A program made the translations under genes and the position numbers. Shown in pieces: positions 53,930 through 64,000 of a stretch of DNA of 64,000 nucleotides (within the stretch, counting starts at the first letter, position 1; every line of letters starts with the position of its first letter). Source of the DNA: Fidelibacterota bacterium (lineage in GTDB: Bacteria; Fidelibacterota; UBA8477; JABMPR01); contig JABIFG010000141.1 of NCBI GenBank assembly GCA_018650795.1, forward strand, positions 12,902 through 76,901, given 5' to 3'. The notes beneath the pieces are model-generated. The model worked only from the letters and a program-made list of their open reading frames with translations, was not told the DNA's origin and searched no databases.

Positions 53930-54463
53930 ATGAAAATCAGACGCTCCGCCCGTACCATACTGGCAACGCTGCTGGTATTGGCTGTGTTCACCACATTGAC
54001 AGCATGGCATAACAAGGCTTCCCAGCAACTCTCTGATCCGGAAAAACAAGACTTGATCAAACAGCTCAGTCAGAAAAACCCCGCTTTGTTCCCCTTTGTA
54101 AAAGCAATGGAGTTGCGGGATAATGCTTCCAGCTTTTATGTGATGGGAACAGGTAATCAAAAAACTTGGCCTGGGGATATATTCCGAGCATGCTATTCTG
54201 ATCCCCTGGCTGCGTGGAGCATGGCTGACAAATTACCCAAGCCTGGCTCTGATAAAATTCACTTGATTCGTTATCGTAGCGTGGAGGATTTCCTGTTCAC
54301 TCTGAACGAAGCTGAGACATATTCACCTGGAGCCCTGATTTCATTAAAATTTCGGCAATATCAGGCTATTCCAGAACCTGCATTTGTTCTCTCGTTACGA
54401 TTATTGTTTTCGATAATTGCAGGTGTTCTCGGTTTGATCTTGGTCAAGTATTTTAATCGATAG
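53930..54463 (+). CDS. hypothetical protein with N- and C-terminal hydrophobic anchors
   Basis: 177 aa. An N-terminal signal/anchor (ILATLLVLAVFTTL) and a C-terminal TM (LLFSIIAGVLGLILV). Confidence 0.35.
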   Translation: MKIRRSARTILATLLVLAVFTTLTAWHNKASQQLSDPEKQDLIKQLSQKNPALFPFVKAMELRDNASSFYVMGTGNQKTWPGDIFRACYSDPLAAWSMADKLPKPGSDKIHLIRYRSVEDFLFTLNEAETYSPGALISLKFRQYQAIPEPAFVLSLRLLFSIIAGVLGLILVKYFNR

Positions 54464-54652
54464 TAATTACCGCCCACCCTCGCCTGGGTACCGTTAGTCA
54501 CAAAGTGCTTTACCAATCTTGATTTTGTTATTAAAACGCAAGAACTCTTCAGTGCAAAAGGTGGCAAAAAGGACATAATAAATGTATGTTGAAGGCTCAA
54601 ATGAGTAGTGATAAATATCCTGTTAAAATTAATGATAAATGAAGGTGTTCAC

Positions 54653-56572
54653 ATGAAACGTAATCAGATTTTTGTTCTGTTAATGCTCGTTGTTTCTCTG
54701 GTGTTATGGTCATGCGGTGGTGGCGAAAAACAAGCTGCAGATACAGCCGGTGCCGACAATAGCACTATAGCCAAAGATATGACCACGTCGGCTGAAAATG
54801 GCGGCTATGGATTTGAAAAGCTGGCAGAAGACTTAGGCTATATTACCTATGAAATGCAGCCAGAGGAGCAAATCTTCTTTGGTGATCCTCGTGCAAAAAA
54901 AGGCGGCATGTTTCGTCACATCACCACTCGTTTTCCTGCAACCATGCGTACAGAGGGTCAAAACGCCAATTATGTTGAGAATAGCACCATTTCCGGACTC
55001 TGCTATGAGGGCTTGGTTACAACCCATCCACTAACCCTGGAGTTTATCCCATCCCTTGCCAGCCATTGGAAAGTTTCCGAGGATAAATTGAAATTCTGGT
55101 TCAGAATAAACCCTGATGCCCGCTGGTCTGATGGTCATGAAGTTGTTGCAGAAGATGTGGTAGCCACTTGGGATCTTCATATGGATGAAACCATTTTATC
55201 ACCCTCTGATCAACTCGTTTATGGGAAGTTTGAACGGCCTGTTGTAGAGAGTAAATATATCGTTTCCGTCGTATGTAAGGAATTGAGCTGGAGAAATCTA
55301 CTCTATTTTGGAGGGATGGCTCTGCTTCCAGCACACTATCTCAATCAAATAGATGGATCTGAGTACCTTAAGGAATACCAGTTCAAAATGTTGCCAAGCA
55401 CGGGATCGTACATAATCCATGAAGAAGATATCATTAGCCAGGAGTCATTCACACTCACTCGCCGCACCGATTATTGGGCAAAAGATGATCCTATGAACAA
55501 ATACTTGGCTAATTTCGATAAAATCAAATTCATAGTCGTAAAAGACAATCAACCACTTATGTATGAAAAATTCAAAAAGGGTGAAGGCGATTTCTACACG
55601 GTTAGTAAAGCCCGTGTCTGGGTAGAGGAAACCAATTATGAATCAATTCAAAAGGGTTGGATTCAGAAGCGTAAGGTTTATTCAGAAAAACCAGCAGGTA
55701 CATCAGGTTATGCCTTTAATATGCGTAAATGGCCCTTCAATGATAAGCGCGTTCGGATGGCATTTACCTATCTCTACAATCGCGAAAAAATGAATAAAGA
55801 GATGTATTACAGTGAATACTCCATGATGAACTCAATGTATTCTGGTTCCGTTTATGAAAACCCGAACAACGAAAAAGTTGTCTATAGTCCGGATAAAGCC
55901 GTCAAGCTTCTCGAGGAAGCCGGCTTTAAAAACCGGAACGATGAGGGCTGGCTCGTTAACGCAGATGGACGTATCTTGCGCTTTGAAATAGCTATTATGA
56001 AGGGTTCAGATTACATGGTGACCCCGGTTCAGCAGATGATGAAAGATTATGGCATCGACATGCAAATAAAATACATCGATGGGACCGCTAACTGGAAAAA
56101 TCTTATGGAACGTAATTTTACAATCTATATGCAAAATTGGAGCGGACTGGTTTTTCCAAATCCTGAAACATCTCTTCATTCATCGCTAGCTGACCAGGAC
56201 AATAACAACAACATTGGTGGTTTTAAAAATGAGCGCGTTGACGTCCTGCTGGCCGAATATGATAAAACTTTCTCGCAGGCTCGACGAGTTGAAATCATCC
56301 GGGAGATAGATGGTATTTACTCTGACATTCACCCTGCAGCATGGGGAATAGCAAGAAATTATCAACGTATTCTTTACTGGGACAAATTCGGTTATCCGGA
56401 ATATATGGTTACCCGTTTTACAGGTGATTATCGTACTGCTTTCACTCACTGGTGGATTGAACCGGAGAAAGAAAAAGCGCTTAAAGAAGCCATGGCGAAT
56501 AATACCAATCTCCCCAGTGGTGAGGTTGATGTAAAATTCTGGCCAAAATTTTTAAAGGCAAGCTTAAAGTAA
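54653..56572 (+). CDS. ABC transporter substrate-binding lipoprotein, family 5, YejA-like (large peptide-binding type)
   Basis: The ATG at 54653 gives MKRNQIFVLLMLVVSLVLWSC, a lipobox. About 640 aa, SBP_bac_5-like (LASHWKVSEDKLKFWFRINPDARWSDGHEVVAEDV). Confidence 0.8.
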   Translation: MKRNQIFVLLMLVVSLVLWSCGGGEKQAADTAGADNSTIAKDMTTSAENGGYGFEKLAEDLGYITYEMQPEEQIFFGDPRAKKGGMFRHITTRFPATMRTEGQNANYVENSTISGLCYEGLVTTHPLTLEFIPSLASHWKVSEDKLKFWFRINPDARWSDGHEVVAEDVVATWDLHMDETILSPSDQLVYGKFERPVVESKYIVSVVCKELSWRNLLYFGGMALLPAHYLNQIDGSEYLKEYQFKMLPSTGSYIIHEEDIISQESFTLTRRTDYWAKDDPMNKYLANFDKIKFIVVKDNQPLMYEKFKKGEGDFYTVSKARVWVEETNYESIQKGWIQKRKVYSEKPAGTSGYAFNMRKWPFNDKRVRMAFTYLYNREKMNKEMYYSEYSMMNSMYSGSVYENPNNEKVVYSPDKAVKLLEEAGFKNRNDEGWLVNADGRILRFEIAIMKGSDYMVTPVQQMMKDYGIDMQIKYIDGTANWKNLMERNFTIYMQNWSGLVFPNPETSLHSSLADQDNNNNIGGFKNERVDVLLAEYDKTFSQARRVEIIREIDGIYSDIHPAAWGIARNYQRILYWDKFGYPEYMVTRFTGDYRTAFTHWWIEPEKEKALKEAMANNTNLPSGEVDVKFWPKFLKASLK

Positions 56573-56777
56573 TAATTGGATTGGATTGCGTAAATACGAT
56601 TGTTTTATTAAACTTGAGCTTTAATAACGTCACATTCTGGCCCGTCTTCGATACTGGCCAGCAGGAAAGCGGTGGTCTCAATTTTGAGATTACGTCTTTT
56701 TTCTCTTGTTGCAAAGACCAAACAAAGCACGCCATCACACCCAGGTGGCTCATGACTATCTACGGTAACCAATAATT

Positions 56778-58055
56778 ATGACAGCATATTTTATTCGTCG
56801 CATTCTTCTCATGATTCCAACTTTCCTGGGATCAACGATATTGATTTTCATTATTCTCCAGATGGCACCAGGTGGTCCTTTAGAGCGAACTATTCAACAG
56901 CTCCAGGCTGGTGCGATGCAGGAAGGAGAATCTGTCGGCAGTGTGGGCGATATTATGGGAGGTGGAACCTCTATTTTACCCGCATCAGCCATGCGAGAAC
57001 TCAAAAGGTTCTATGGTTTTGATAAACCAGTTTATCAACGCTATCTAATCTGGTTAGGCATTTGGCCCCGAGAAATCAAACATCGCGAAGTCGAGTTCCC
57101 TGATGGTATGATTGAAGCCCAAAAAAATGTCGGTCGCGGAAACTATATGACCCTTCGTCTTGAGGGTGATAAAGTCAGTGTTTATGACAAGAACGGAAAC
57201 CTCAGCGATGTCTGGAGTGCCTCCATCGATCCTGATGGCTCAGACGAAGCCATGATTTTGGCAACAATCTTTCAAACAGAATATTCTGGAATTCTTACGG
57301 GTAATTTAGGAACCTCCTATACTTATGATCAACCGGTAACTGAGGTCATGGCTCCACGGTTTAAGGTGTCCATGTTCTTTGGCCTTACTGGATTATTTCT
57401 TTCTTACATTGTTTGTATTCCTTTAGGTATTCGCAAGGCTTTAAACCATGGTTCTGCATTCGATTTTCTATCTAGTGTCACCATCTTTGTTGCCTACTCC
57501 ATTCCCGGATTTGCCCTGGGGGGGGTTTTGTTGGTGATTTTTGGTGGCGGGTCTTTCTGGGATGTCTTTCCCTTGGGTGGCTTCCGGTCGCCAACTGAAA
57601 TCTGGCAAGAGCTGAGCGTTTGGGGGCAGATTAAAGATCAACTCTGGCATGCAATATTACCAATTATAGCCTGGTCCATCGGAAGTTTCGCCGGTCTTAC
57701 CGTGTTAATGAAGAACAGTCTGCTTGAGAATATTTCGCAGGATTATATCCGCACAGCTTTTGCCAAGGGCCTGCAGGAAAAAAGAGTAATTTGGGTGCAC
57801 GCTATACGGAACTCGGTCATTCCAATCGCCTCCGGAATTGGTGGCATTATTGGTGTGGTCATCGCTGGTTCTTACCTCATCGAGAAGGTGTTCAATATAG
57901 ACGGTTTTGGGAAAATGGGTTTTGAAGCGATTATTGATCGTGACTATCCCATTACATTGGGTTTTTTAGTGATCGTCGTCATGATTCGTCTGGTGGCCAA
58001 TATTCTTTCTGATATTGCCCTGGCCACGGTTGATCCAAGAATAAGATTTAAATAA
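56778..58055 (+). CDS. ABC peptide transporter permease (YejB/DppB-like)
   Basis: BPD_transp_1 EAA-type region: YIRTAFAKGLQEKRVIWVHAIRNSVIPI. Has a long periplasmic insertion after TM1. Confidence 0.85.
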   Translation: MTAYFIRRILLMIPTFLGSTILIFIILQMAPGGPLERTIQQLQAGAMQEGESVGSVGDIMGGGTSILPASAMRELKRFYGFDKPVYQRYLIWLGIWPREIKHREVEFPDGMIEAQKNVGRGNYMTLRLEGDKVSVYDKNGNLSDVWSASIDPDGSDEAMILATIFQTEYSGILTGNLGTSYTYDQPVTEVMAPRFKVSMFFGLTGLFLSYIVCIPLGIRKALNHGSAFDFLSSVTIFVAYSIPGFALGGVLLVIFGGGSFWDVFPLGGFRSPTEIWQELSVWGQIKDQLWHAILPIIAWSIGSFAGLTVLMKNSLLENISQDYIRTAFAKGLQEKRVIWVHAIRNSVIPIASGIGGIIGVVIAGSYLIEKVFNIDGFGKMGFEAIIDRDYPITLGFLVIVVMIRLVANILSDIALATVDPRIRFK

Positions 58056-58057
58056 AG

Positions 58058-59125
58058 ATGGATAGCAAACAGATGCCCGAAAACCAAGAGATATCACTTT
58101 CCATTCTAAAAAAGCGCTGGCTAAAGTTCAAAACCCTGAAACGAGGATACTACTCATTTATCCTGTTGATAATTCTGTATACCCTTTCATGGTTTTTACC
58201 GCTGTTAATTAATAATCGAGCCCTAGTCCTCAGTTATGAGGGCGAGATGTATTTTCCTGTCCTATCAGGATATCACACGGGTGCCGAATTTGGGCAAGAT
58301 GTCCCTGGTGAAGCGGTTTATCGTCAACTCCAGGCCACCTGGACAGAGGCGGACAATGGTAACTGGATAATCATGCCGGTTTATCCCTACAGCCCCTATG
58401 AGGATATTACAGCAGTTGGCAACAAAATGTATGATCCACCCTCTAATACACATTGGCTGGGAACGGACAATACCGGGCGTGACGTCTTTGCCCGCCTATG
58501 TTATGCCTTCAATATCTCCATCTCATTTGCCCTGGTTCTCACCATCCTGAATTACATCATTGGTGTGATTATCGGGGGAAGCATGGGCTATTTCGGAGGA
58601 AAATTTGACCTCTTTTTTCAACGAATTATCGAAATTTGGTCCAGCCTGCCCATGTTGTTTGTGATCATCATTATCAGCTCCATTATTCGACCATCCTTCT
58701 TCCTGTTGATTTTCATCTACACCATTGTCAACTGGATTGGTATGACCTATCTCATGCGAGCTGAATTTTACCGCGAGAAATCAAAGGATTATGTGGCGGC
58801 GGCTCTGTCCATGGGGCAGACAAATTTTAAAGTGATGTTTAAACATATTTTGCCCAACTCGTTGGTTCCGGTAATCACCTATTTTCCGTTTGCCGTTGTT
58901 GGTGGAATTTCCGCGTTGGTTGGTTTGGATTATTTAGGTTTTGGCATGCCACCACCAACACCTAGCTGGGGCCAAATGTTAGATGTCGGCTTACAAAATA
59001 TTTCAAAATGGTGGATGGTCTTTGCACCAGTTTCAGCACAGTTTGTTACACTGATCATGGTCGTTTTTATTGGTGAGGCTGTCCGTGAAGCCTTTGATCC
59101 AAAAGTTTATTCGAGGTTAAGATGA
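58058..59125 (+). CDS. ABC peptide transporter permease (YejE/DppC-like)
   Basis: HWLGTDNTGRDVFARL N-terminal motif plus an EAA-like YVAAALSMGQTNFKVMFKHILPNS. Confidence 0.85.
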   Translation: MDSKQMPENQEISLSILKKRWLKFKTLKRGYYSFILLIILYTLSWFLPLLINNRALVLSYEGEMYFPVLSGYHTGAEFGQDVPGEAVYRQLQATWTEADNGNWIIMPVYPYSPYEDITAVGNKMYDPPSNTHWLGTDNTGRDVFARLCYAFNISISFALVLTILNYIIGVIIGGSMGYFGGKFDLFFQRIIEIWSSLPMLFVIIIISSIIRPSFFLLIFIYTIVNWIGMTYLMRAEFYREKSKDYVAAALSMGQTNFKVMFKHILPNSLVPVITYFPFAVVGGISALVGLDYLGFGMPPPTPSWGQMLDVGLQNISKWWMVFAPVSAQFVTLIMVVFIGEAVREAFDPKVYSRLR

Positions 59126-60600
59126 GTCGGGAAAAGCTGGTAGAAGTCAAGGGGCTCAAGACCCGGTTCAAAGTTGGGGGAGAATGGGCCAAAGCCGTCG
59201 ATGGGGTCAGTTTTGATATCTACGAAGGTGAGACGCTGGGCATTGTGGGAGAGTCAGGATCCGGAAAATCGGTATCCGTGCTCTCGCTGATCCAGCTCAT
59301 TCCCAATCCACCCGGAGAAGTTTCAGATGGCGAAATTATTTTCAAAGGGCAAAAGATTTTTGATGCTGAGGATTTGGCGCGAGTCAGAGAAGTCCCACCG
59401 TATAAATATTTTCAAAAGCTTCCTGAAAACAAACGAAATCAGGCCGCCACAGCCTTCTTTATCGCCTGGATAGCCATCTATGCTCTTTTACCAATTCCTG
59501 GACTATTATTGTGGATAGTTTCATTCATCTTTAGTCTGACAACCATGGTTCACCTGTTTTACAATTCACCCCAAAGGAAAGCCATGGCAGCGTTTCGAGA
59601 AAATATTTATAGCCGCATGTGGGATATTCGTGGTTCTGAAATCGCCATGATTTTTCAAGAGCCGATGACCTCCCTGAATCCTGTCTTTAATATCGGTATG
59701 CAGATGATGGAGTCCATCAGGCCGACATCCCTGAAAGATACCTTCAAAGCCGGGTTTGTAAGTCGGTCCAAGAGCTTGAAAAGCTATTCGATTAAAAGCA
59801 GAGTACAAATCTCAGCCATCTTCGCTGTTGCCGTCCTGTTCTTTTCCCAACTGGCTTCAGGTTGGAGTTTTGTACTCCCCTCCATGTTGATAAATTTCAT
59901 TGTGGGTGGTCTGGTACCAACTGCGATTGCTTTCATAATCATTGGCGTGGATAAGGTGATCAGTGATGAATTTAAGACACGCCACCAGGAACTTTATAAT
60001 TCAGCGGTGAAGCTGTTGGATACAGTGGGAATCCCTGATGCAGAGCGTCGGATAGGTGATTACCCACACCAATTCTCAGGAGGCATGCGGCAGCGCGTCA
60101 TGATAGCCATGGCTCTGGCAAAAAACCCCTCTTTGCTGATTGCTGATGAGCCCACTACTGCTCTTGACGTTACTATTCAAGCTCAGATTTTGGAATTGAT
60201 GTTAGACCTTAAAAAGGGAAACACGGAAGCTGCTGTGGTTTTGATTACCCATGATCTGGCTGTTGTAGCTGAAACCTGTGAGCGGGTAATTGTGATGTAT
60301 GGTGGCATCATTCAGGAAGTTGCTGAAGTAAATGATTTGTTTGGAAAACCCTTACACCCCTATACCCATGGGTTGCTCGGCTCCATACCAAGACCAGACA
60401 AGGACTCCAAACGGGAACGCCTTGAAACGATCCCAGGCATGGTCCCCAATATTTTGGATTTACCAGTAGGCTGCAAATTTTGCACTCGCTGTGCAGTTAA
60501 ACTGGATAAATGTGATACAGAAGAACCGCCCCTTCAGGAGATAACTCCAGGTCATTTTGTGCGTTGTTTTGTGACCCAGGAAGAACAGGTGTCAGCATGA
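59122..60600 (+). CDS. ABC ATP-binding protein (DppD/OppD-like) carrying two hydrophobic insertions
   Basis: Walker [10 protein letters not shown]-loop MIFQEP, signature FSGGMRQR, Walker [14 protein letters not shown]-loop ITHDL, and an oligopeptide C-terminal domain ([19 protein letters not shown]). At 492 aa it is about 160 aa longer than usual. Confidence 0.85.
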   Translation: MSREKLVEVKGLKTRFKVGGEWAKAVDGVSFDIYEGETLGIVGESGSGKSVSVLSLIQLIPNPPGEVSDGEIIFKGQKIFDAEDLARVREVPPYKYFQKLPENKRNQAATAFFIAWIAIYALLPIPGLLLWIVSFIFSLTTMVHLFYNSPQRKAMAAFRENIYSRMWDIRGSEIAMIFQEPMTSLNPVFNIGMQMMESIRPTSLKDTFKAGFVSRSKSLKSYSIKSRVQISAIFAVAVLFFSQLASGWSFVLPSMLINFIVGGLVPTAIAFIIIGVDKVISDEFKTRHQELYNSAVKLLDTVGIPDAERRIGDYPHQFSGGMRQRVMIAMALAKNPSLLIADEPTTALDVTIQAQILELMLDLKKGNTEAAVVLITHDLAVVAETCERVIVMYGGIIQEVAEVNDLFGKPLHPYTHGLLGSIPRPDKDSKRERLETIPGMVPNILDLPVGCKFCTRCAVKLDKCDTEEPPLQEITPGHFVRCFVTQEEQVSA

Positions 60601-61601
60601 GCAAGAACACGCTGGTAGACATAAAAAATCTGTCTGTACACTTTCCTGTACATGGTGGTGTCTTTTCAAAACGCGTCGCTACGGTAAAGGCCGTGGATGG
60701 AATAAATTTTTCAATTGACCGCAAGCAGATTGTGGGCATGGTTGGTGAATCAGGTTGTGGTAAAACTACTGTTGGTCGGGCCATGATAAACATCCTCCGC
60801 CATGTAGCTCCAGATGTTGAAATCGGTGGTAGCATTGAATATCATTTTGGAGATGAGGTGGTTGATTTCGCAGCTCTCAGCTCACGAGAAATACGGAAAT
60901 ATCGTTCCAGGGTTCAGATGATTTTCCAAGATCCCTATGCCTCCTTAAATCCACGTATGACGGTGGCTCAAATCATCAGTGAACCTCTTCAGCTGCATAC
61001 GAATATGACCAAGCAGGAACAGACCGAGCGAGTTGGCTGGTTGCTGGACAAGGTTGGGCTGCAGCCAGAACAGGCCCGACGTTATCCCCATGAATTTTCT
61101 GGTGGTCAGCGACAACGTGTGGGTATTGCCCGAGCCCTTGCCACAAACCCAGACCTCATAATCTGTGATGAACCAGTTTCTGCTTTAGACGTTTCCATTC
61201 AAGCACAGGTTATCAATTTGATGATGGATCTTCAGGATGAGTTTGATGTTTCTTACCTGTTTATTGCTCATGACCTTTCTGTGGTGGAACACATTTCGGA
61301 TAAAATTGCGGTGATGTATCTTGGAGATATGGCCGAATATGGTAACGCTCAGGAAGTATATCATCAACCCAGACATCCCTATAGCAAAGCATTGCTTTCA
61401 GCAGTTCCATTACCTGATCCCAGTCGCAAAAACCGGAAAAGAATTGTACTGCAGGGTGATGTTCCCACACCTCTTAATAAACCAAGTGGCTGTGCCTTCA
61501 GGACCCGTTGTCCCATCGCTCAACCTGCTTGTGCAGAATCAAAACCGGAGTTTAAAGAACAGGCCAAAGATCATTTTGTAGCCTGTCCAATAGTGGAATA
61601 A
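60597..61601 (+). CDS. ABC ATP-binding protein (DppF/OppF-like)
   Basis: ATGA overlap start at 60597. GESGCGKTT, MIFQDP, FSGGQRQR, LIICDEPVSALD, AHDL, and a C-terminal HPYSKALLSAVP...CAFRTRCP. Confidence 0.9.
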   Translation: MSKNTLVDIKNLSVHFPVHGGVFSKRVATVKAVDGINFSIDRKQIVGMVGESGCGKTTVGRAMINILRHVAPDVEIGGSIEYHFGDEVVDFAALSSREIRKYRSRVQMIFQDPYASLNPRMTVAQIISEPLQLHTNMTKQEQTERVGWLLDKVGLQPEQARRYPHEFSGGQRQRVGIARALATNPDLIICDEPVSALDVSIQAQVINLMMDLQDEFDVSYLFIAHDLSVVEHISDKIAVMYLGDMAEYGNAQEVYHQPRHPYSKALLSAVPLPDPSRKNRKRIVLQGDVPTPLNKPSGCAFRTRCPIAQPACAESKPEFKEQAKDHFVACPIVE

Positions 61602-61755
61602 AATTTTTCTGGATTTATGACACCCAGAAAGTTTAGTTTTAGTGGTCGTGTTCAATAATGCAACCACACGGGTAAAACTCACTTTTCGAAGCCGAGGGGC
61701 AGTTGAAGATTTGGCAAGCATGCCAATGATTATCAATATCTTTGAAAGTGCTCTT

Positions 61756-63930
61756 ATGAAACGAACCATCCTGTTGCTCCTTTTTTATACCCTCAGTCTG
61801 GCCAATACTATCCAGGTGCTGGATAAGCAGAGCTCCACCCCCCTCCCTGGTGTAAATATTACTATTGTTGGAACTGTCGAAGGGTTCCACACAGACCTGG
61901 ATGGCAATTTCGTTCTGGAAGATCATCACCGCGGACAGGATTTAAAATTTTCCTATATCGGTTATGCAGACACCACCATGAATTATATCGATCTATTTAA
62001 TGTGCAGGTGATTTACCTGATGCCTGATGTATTGAGTCTGTCCTCTGTTGAGGTGGTTTCGTCAAAATTGGAATGGGAGCAGACCGACTTACCGGCCATC
62101 GTAACAGTACTTCGCACTCGCGAGTTGATTGACCAGGGAGTTACGGAGGTGAAGGAGGTGCTTGAGAGGGATCCTAGTGTTATCGTTACCGAAAATTTTT
62201 CCGGGGAGCAGCAAATTTCTATTCGAGGGAGCAACGCCAATGAAGTCATGATCGTGTATGATGGTATCACAATGAATTCAGGGTATAAGAGTCGCTTTGA
62301 TCTGTCCTGGCTCAACCTGAATGATACAGAATCCATATCTATTATAAAGGGATCCGGTACCCTGAGATACAGTTCAGGAGCGTTTGGGGGTGTCGTGGTG
62401 ATCGAGCCTCAAAAAGTGGGCAGGTCTTCCCTGGTGTTGAATGCCCAGCGAGATGATCAAAAGTTGGCTTCTTATAGTGTATCAGACGTGCTTCAGTGGG
62501 GGAACATTCGAACGCGAATCACCTATTCCAACAAGGAGCTCATGCCATATGGAACCCAGCCGGGGAGCCCCGTTACTAGCCGGAATTTTTTGAATCTTTA
62601 TGCGGGATATGCCTTTAAAGACACATCCAACATCCTTGGAGTTGGACATGTTAATATCAGTGAGGCTAGGGCCTCTTCTGAGGATTATGAAGATAGTTAT
62701 CGGGATCAATATACCCAGGTGAGGTATCAGGGAGATATCGGCATCCTCCCACAAATGAACATCCAATTTATAAACAGGAAAAACAGCAGTCATTTTCTAA
62801 ATCATACTGGAACGGCCTTTCTAAACTCAAGTGATGCTGGCGAGACCAGCAATATCGCTGTGGTCGAAAATAAAATTCTTAGTAAATCTTTTGTCAATTT
62901 TGCAAGAATAGAGCTCAGGAATGACTCTCATGTTAGTGAGTCCGAAGTCTATAATGTAAAATGGGATCATCTTACACTCCACGATATTGAGTTGAACCAG
63001 ACACGCATAGCTGCAACAGAAATTGCCAAATATCGAACGAGCCTGGATCTTCCTTTTGTGGATTTCATGGAGTTGAATGCTAGCTTTCGCTATGATAAGA
63101 TTGATCTAACCAAGAGCCACACAGCTACAAGGGATGGAGATATTTACATCGACCAGGTAAACAATGAAACCTTTGACTACCTGTCAAAACGTAATGGATT
63201 TACCCTGAACAAGACCAGAAAGGACTTGAAATATCAACTGTTTTATAGTTCTGGAACCAGCATCAGGTACCCCAGTATGTATGATCAGTATTTGAGGGAG
63301 ATCACGACCATTGTTCGATACCAGGCAGGTGACTTGAAGCCAGAATTAAACTCATCCCTGGAATTTGGTTTACAACTAACAATTCAACCAAAGAACAAAT
63401 CCAGCGTAATGGAAAACATGGATGTTCAAGTCTCCCGATTCAAAAACAGATACATCGATAAAATATATTACCGTTCAATACCTAGAGCCTTACCCACCCC
63501 GATTAACTTTTCAGCTACCACGAACTTAACCGGCTATGAAATGTCTTCATCCATTGGACTTTTCAATGATGTGATAAGACTATTTGCTGGAACGACTCGA
63601 CTTGACATCTCATCATATACCATCTTTCCCAACAAGCCGAAGTTTAAAGATATAGCAGAAGTTGAGTTTGGAGCAAAATATGGGAGTGTCCGGTTACAGT
63701 ATTTCCACGAAGGCGAGCAATTTTACACCGGTTCACTTGATGGGATCAACTATCAGGTTGTCGAGTTGGGTGGAAGAGAAAACCTTAATTTTTATGCGTC
63801 TACTAAAATTCCAATATTTGGAAGAGCCATCATCTTTGGTCTCAGCGCTCAAAATCTGATGTCAGATGTTGACGCTCCCTATTATTTTGATCAACGCAGA
63901 TGGATTCTCAATATGGGTGTCAGGATATAA
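61756..63930 (+). CDS. TonB-dependent receptor with N-terminal CarboxypepD_reg domain
   Basis: The ATG at 61756 gives signal peptide MKRTILLLLFYTLSLA. IQVLDKQSSTPLPGVNITIVGTVEGFHTDLDGNFVL is the CarboxypepD_reg motif. Plug-domain motifs are present (ISIRGSNANEVMIVYDGITMNS, SISIIKGSGTLRYSSGAFGGVVVI), followed by a long beta-barrel. Confidence 0.8.
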   Translation: MKRTILLLLFYTLSLANTIQVLDKQSSTPLPGVNITIVGTVEGFHTDLDGNFVLEDHHRGQDLKFSYIGYADTTMNYIDLFNVQVIYLMPDVLSLSSVEVVSSKLEWEQTDLPAIVTVLRTRELIDQGVTEVKEVLERDPSVIVTENFSGEQQISIRGSNANEVMIVYDGITMNSGYKSRFDLSWLNLNDTESISIIKGSGTLRYSSGAFGGVVVIEPQKVGRSSLVLNAQRDDQKLASYSVSDVLQWGNIRTRITYSNKELMPYGTQPGSPVTSRNFLNLYAGYAFKDTSNILGVGHVNISEARASSEDYEDSYRDQYTQVRYQGDIGILPQMNIQFINRKNSSHFLNHTGTAFLNSSDAGETSNIAVVENKILSKSFVNFARIELRNDSHVSESEVYNVKWDHLTLHDIELNQTRIAATEIAKYRTSLDLPFVDFMELNASFRYDKIDLTKSHTATRDGDIYIDQVNNETFDYLSKRNGFTLNKTRKDLKYQLFYSSGTSIRYPSMYDQYLREITTIVRYQAGDLKPELNSSLEFGLQLTIQPKNKSSVMENMDVQVSRFKNRYIDKIYYRSIPRALPTPINFSATTNLTGYEMSSSIGLFNDVIRLFAGTTRLDISSYTIFPNKPKFKDIAEVEFGAKYGSVRLQYFHEGEQFYTGSLDGINYQVVELGGRENLNFYASTKIPIFGRAIIFGLSAQNLMSDVDAPYYFDQRRWILNMGVRI

Positions 63931-64000
63931 ATTAGCTTAGTCTTTTCGGCGTTTACTGGTCGAGTGAACGTGCTTCACATATTGTACAAAATCTGAGCTT

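Noticed and set aside
1-64000. CRISPR arrays, rRNA or tRNA genes, transposases, integrases and prophage genes.
   Set aside because: None were found on inspecting the intergenic regions and the ORF track. The only tandem or dispersed repeats are the REP-like family and the attC-like elements reported above.

Overview
64 kb of chromosome from a marine-looking FCB-group (Bacteroidota/Marinimicrobia-like) bacterium. The lineage call is an inference from T9SS-type C-terminal sorting domains, a fused ccoN-ccoO, CarboxypepD_reg/TonB-dependent receptor genes and weak Shine-Dalgarno usage. About 60 protein genes are supportable, and I found no rRNA, tRNA or CRISPR.

Housekeeping and metabolic content:
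- valS, slyD and a rhomboid protease.
- A complete cbb3 oxidase locus: Rrf2 regulator, ccoI, ccoS, ccoNO, ccoQ-like, ccoP, ccoG, fixH.
- A yejABEF-like peptide ABC importer followed by a TonB-dependent receptor.
- An ABC-2 exporter and a 2TM K+ channel with an RCK domain.
- A lysine/saccharopine dehydrogenase with an APC permease, an AlkP-family phosphodiesterase and a GHL10-family lipoprotein.

Four things stand out:
1. 35.4-40.0 kb holds a four-gene operon. A GldL/PorL-like and a GldM/PorM-like motor pair is followed by two paralogous outer-membrane-type proteins instead of GldK/GldN.
2. 22901-23575 (-) is an iodothyronine-deiodinase-like gene that the ORF track splits. It is continuous through an in-frame TGA at the family's Sec position, with a SECIS-like hairpin just downstream.
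3. 24.1-27.5 kb is a co-oriented, AT-richer block in which unrelated ORFs are each followed by homologous ~130-nt attC-like imperfect palindromes (TTTCTAAC...GTTAGAAA). This is an integron-type cassette array with no integrase in view. It carries a yefM-yoeB module and a T9SS-cargo gene.
4. A dispersed REP-like repeat family (GTCATCCYGAGC...GTCGARGG) brackets both a GIY-YIG nuclease gene and the GHL10 gene as inverted pairs.

All functional calls rest on motif recognition by eye and memory of the families. No searches were run.
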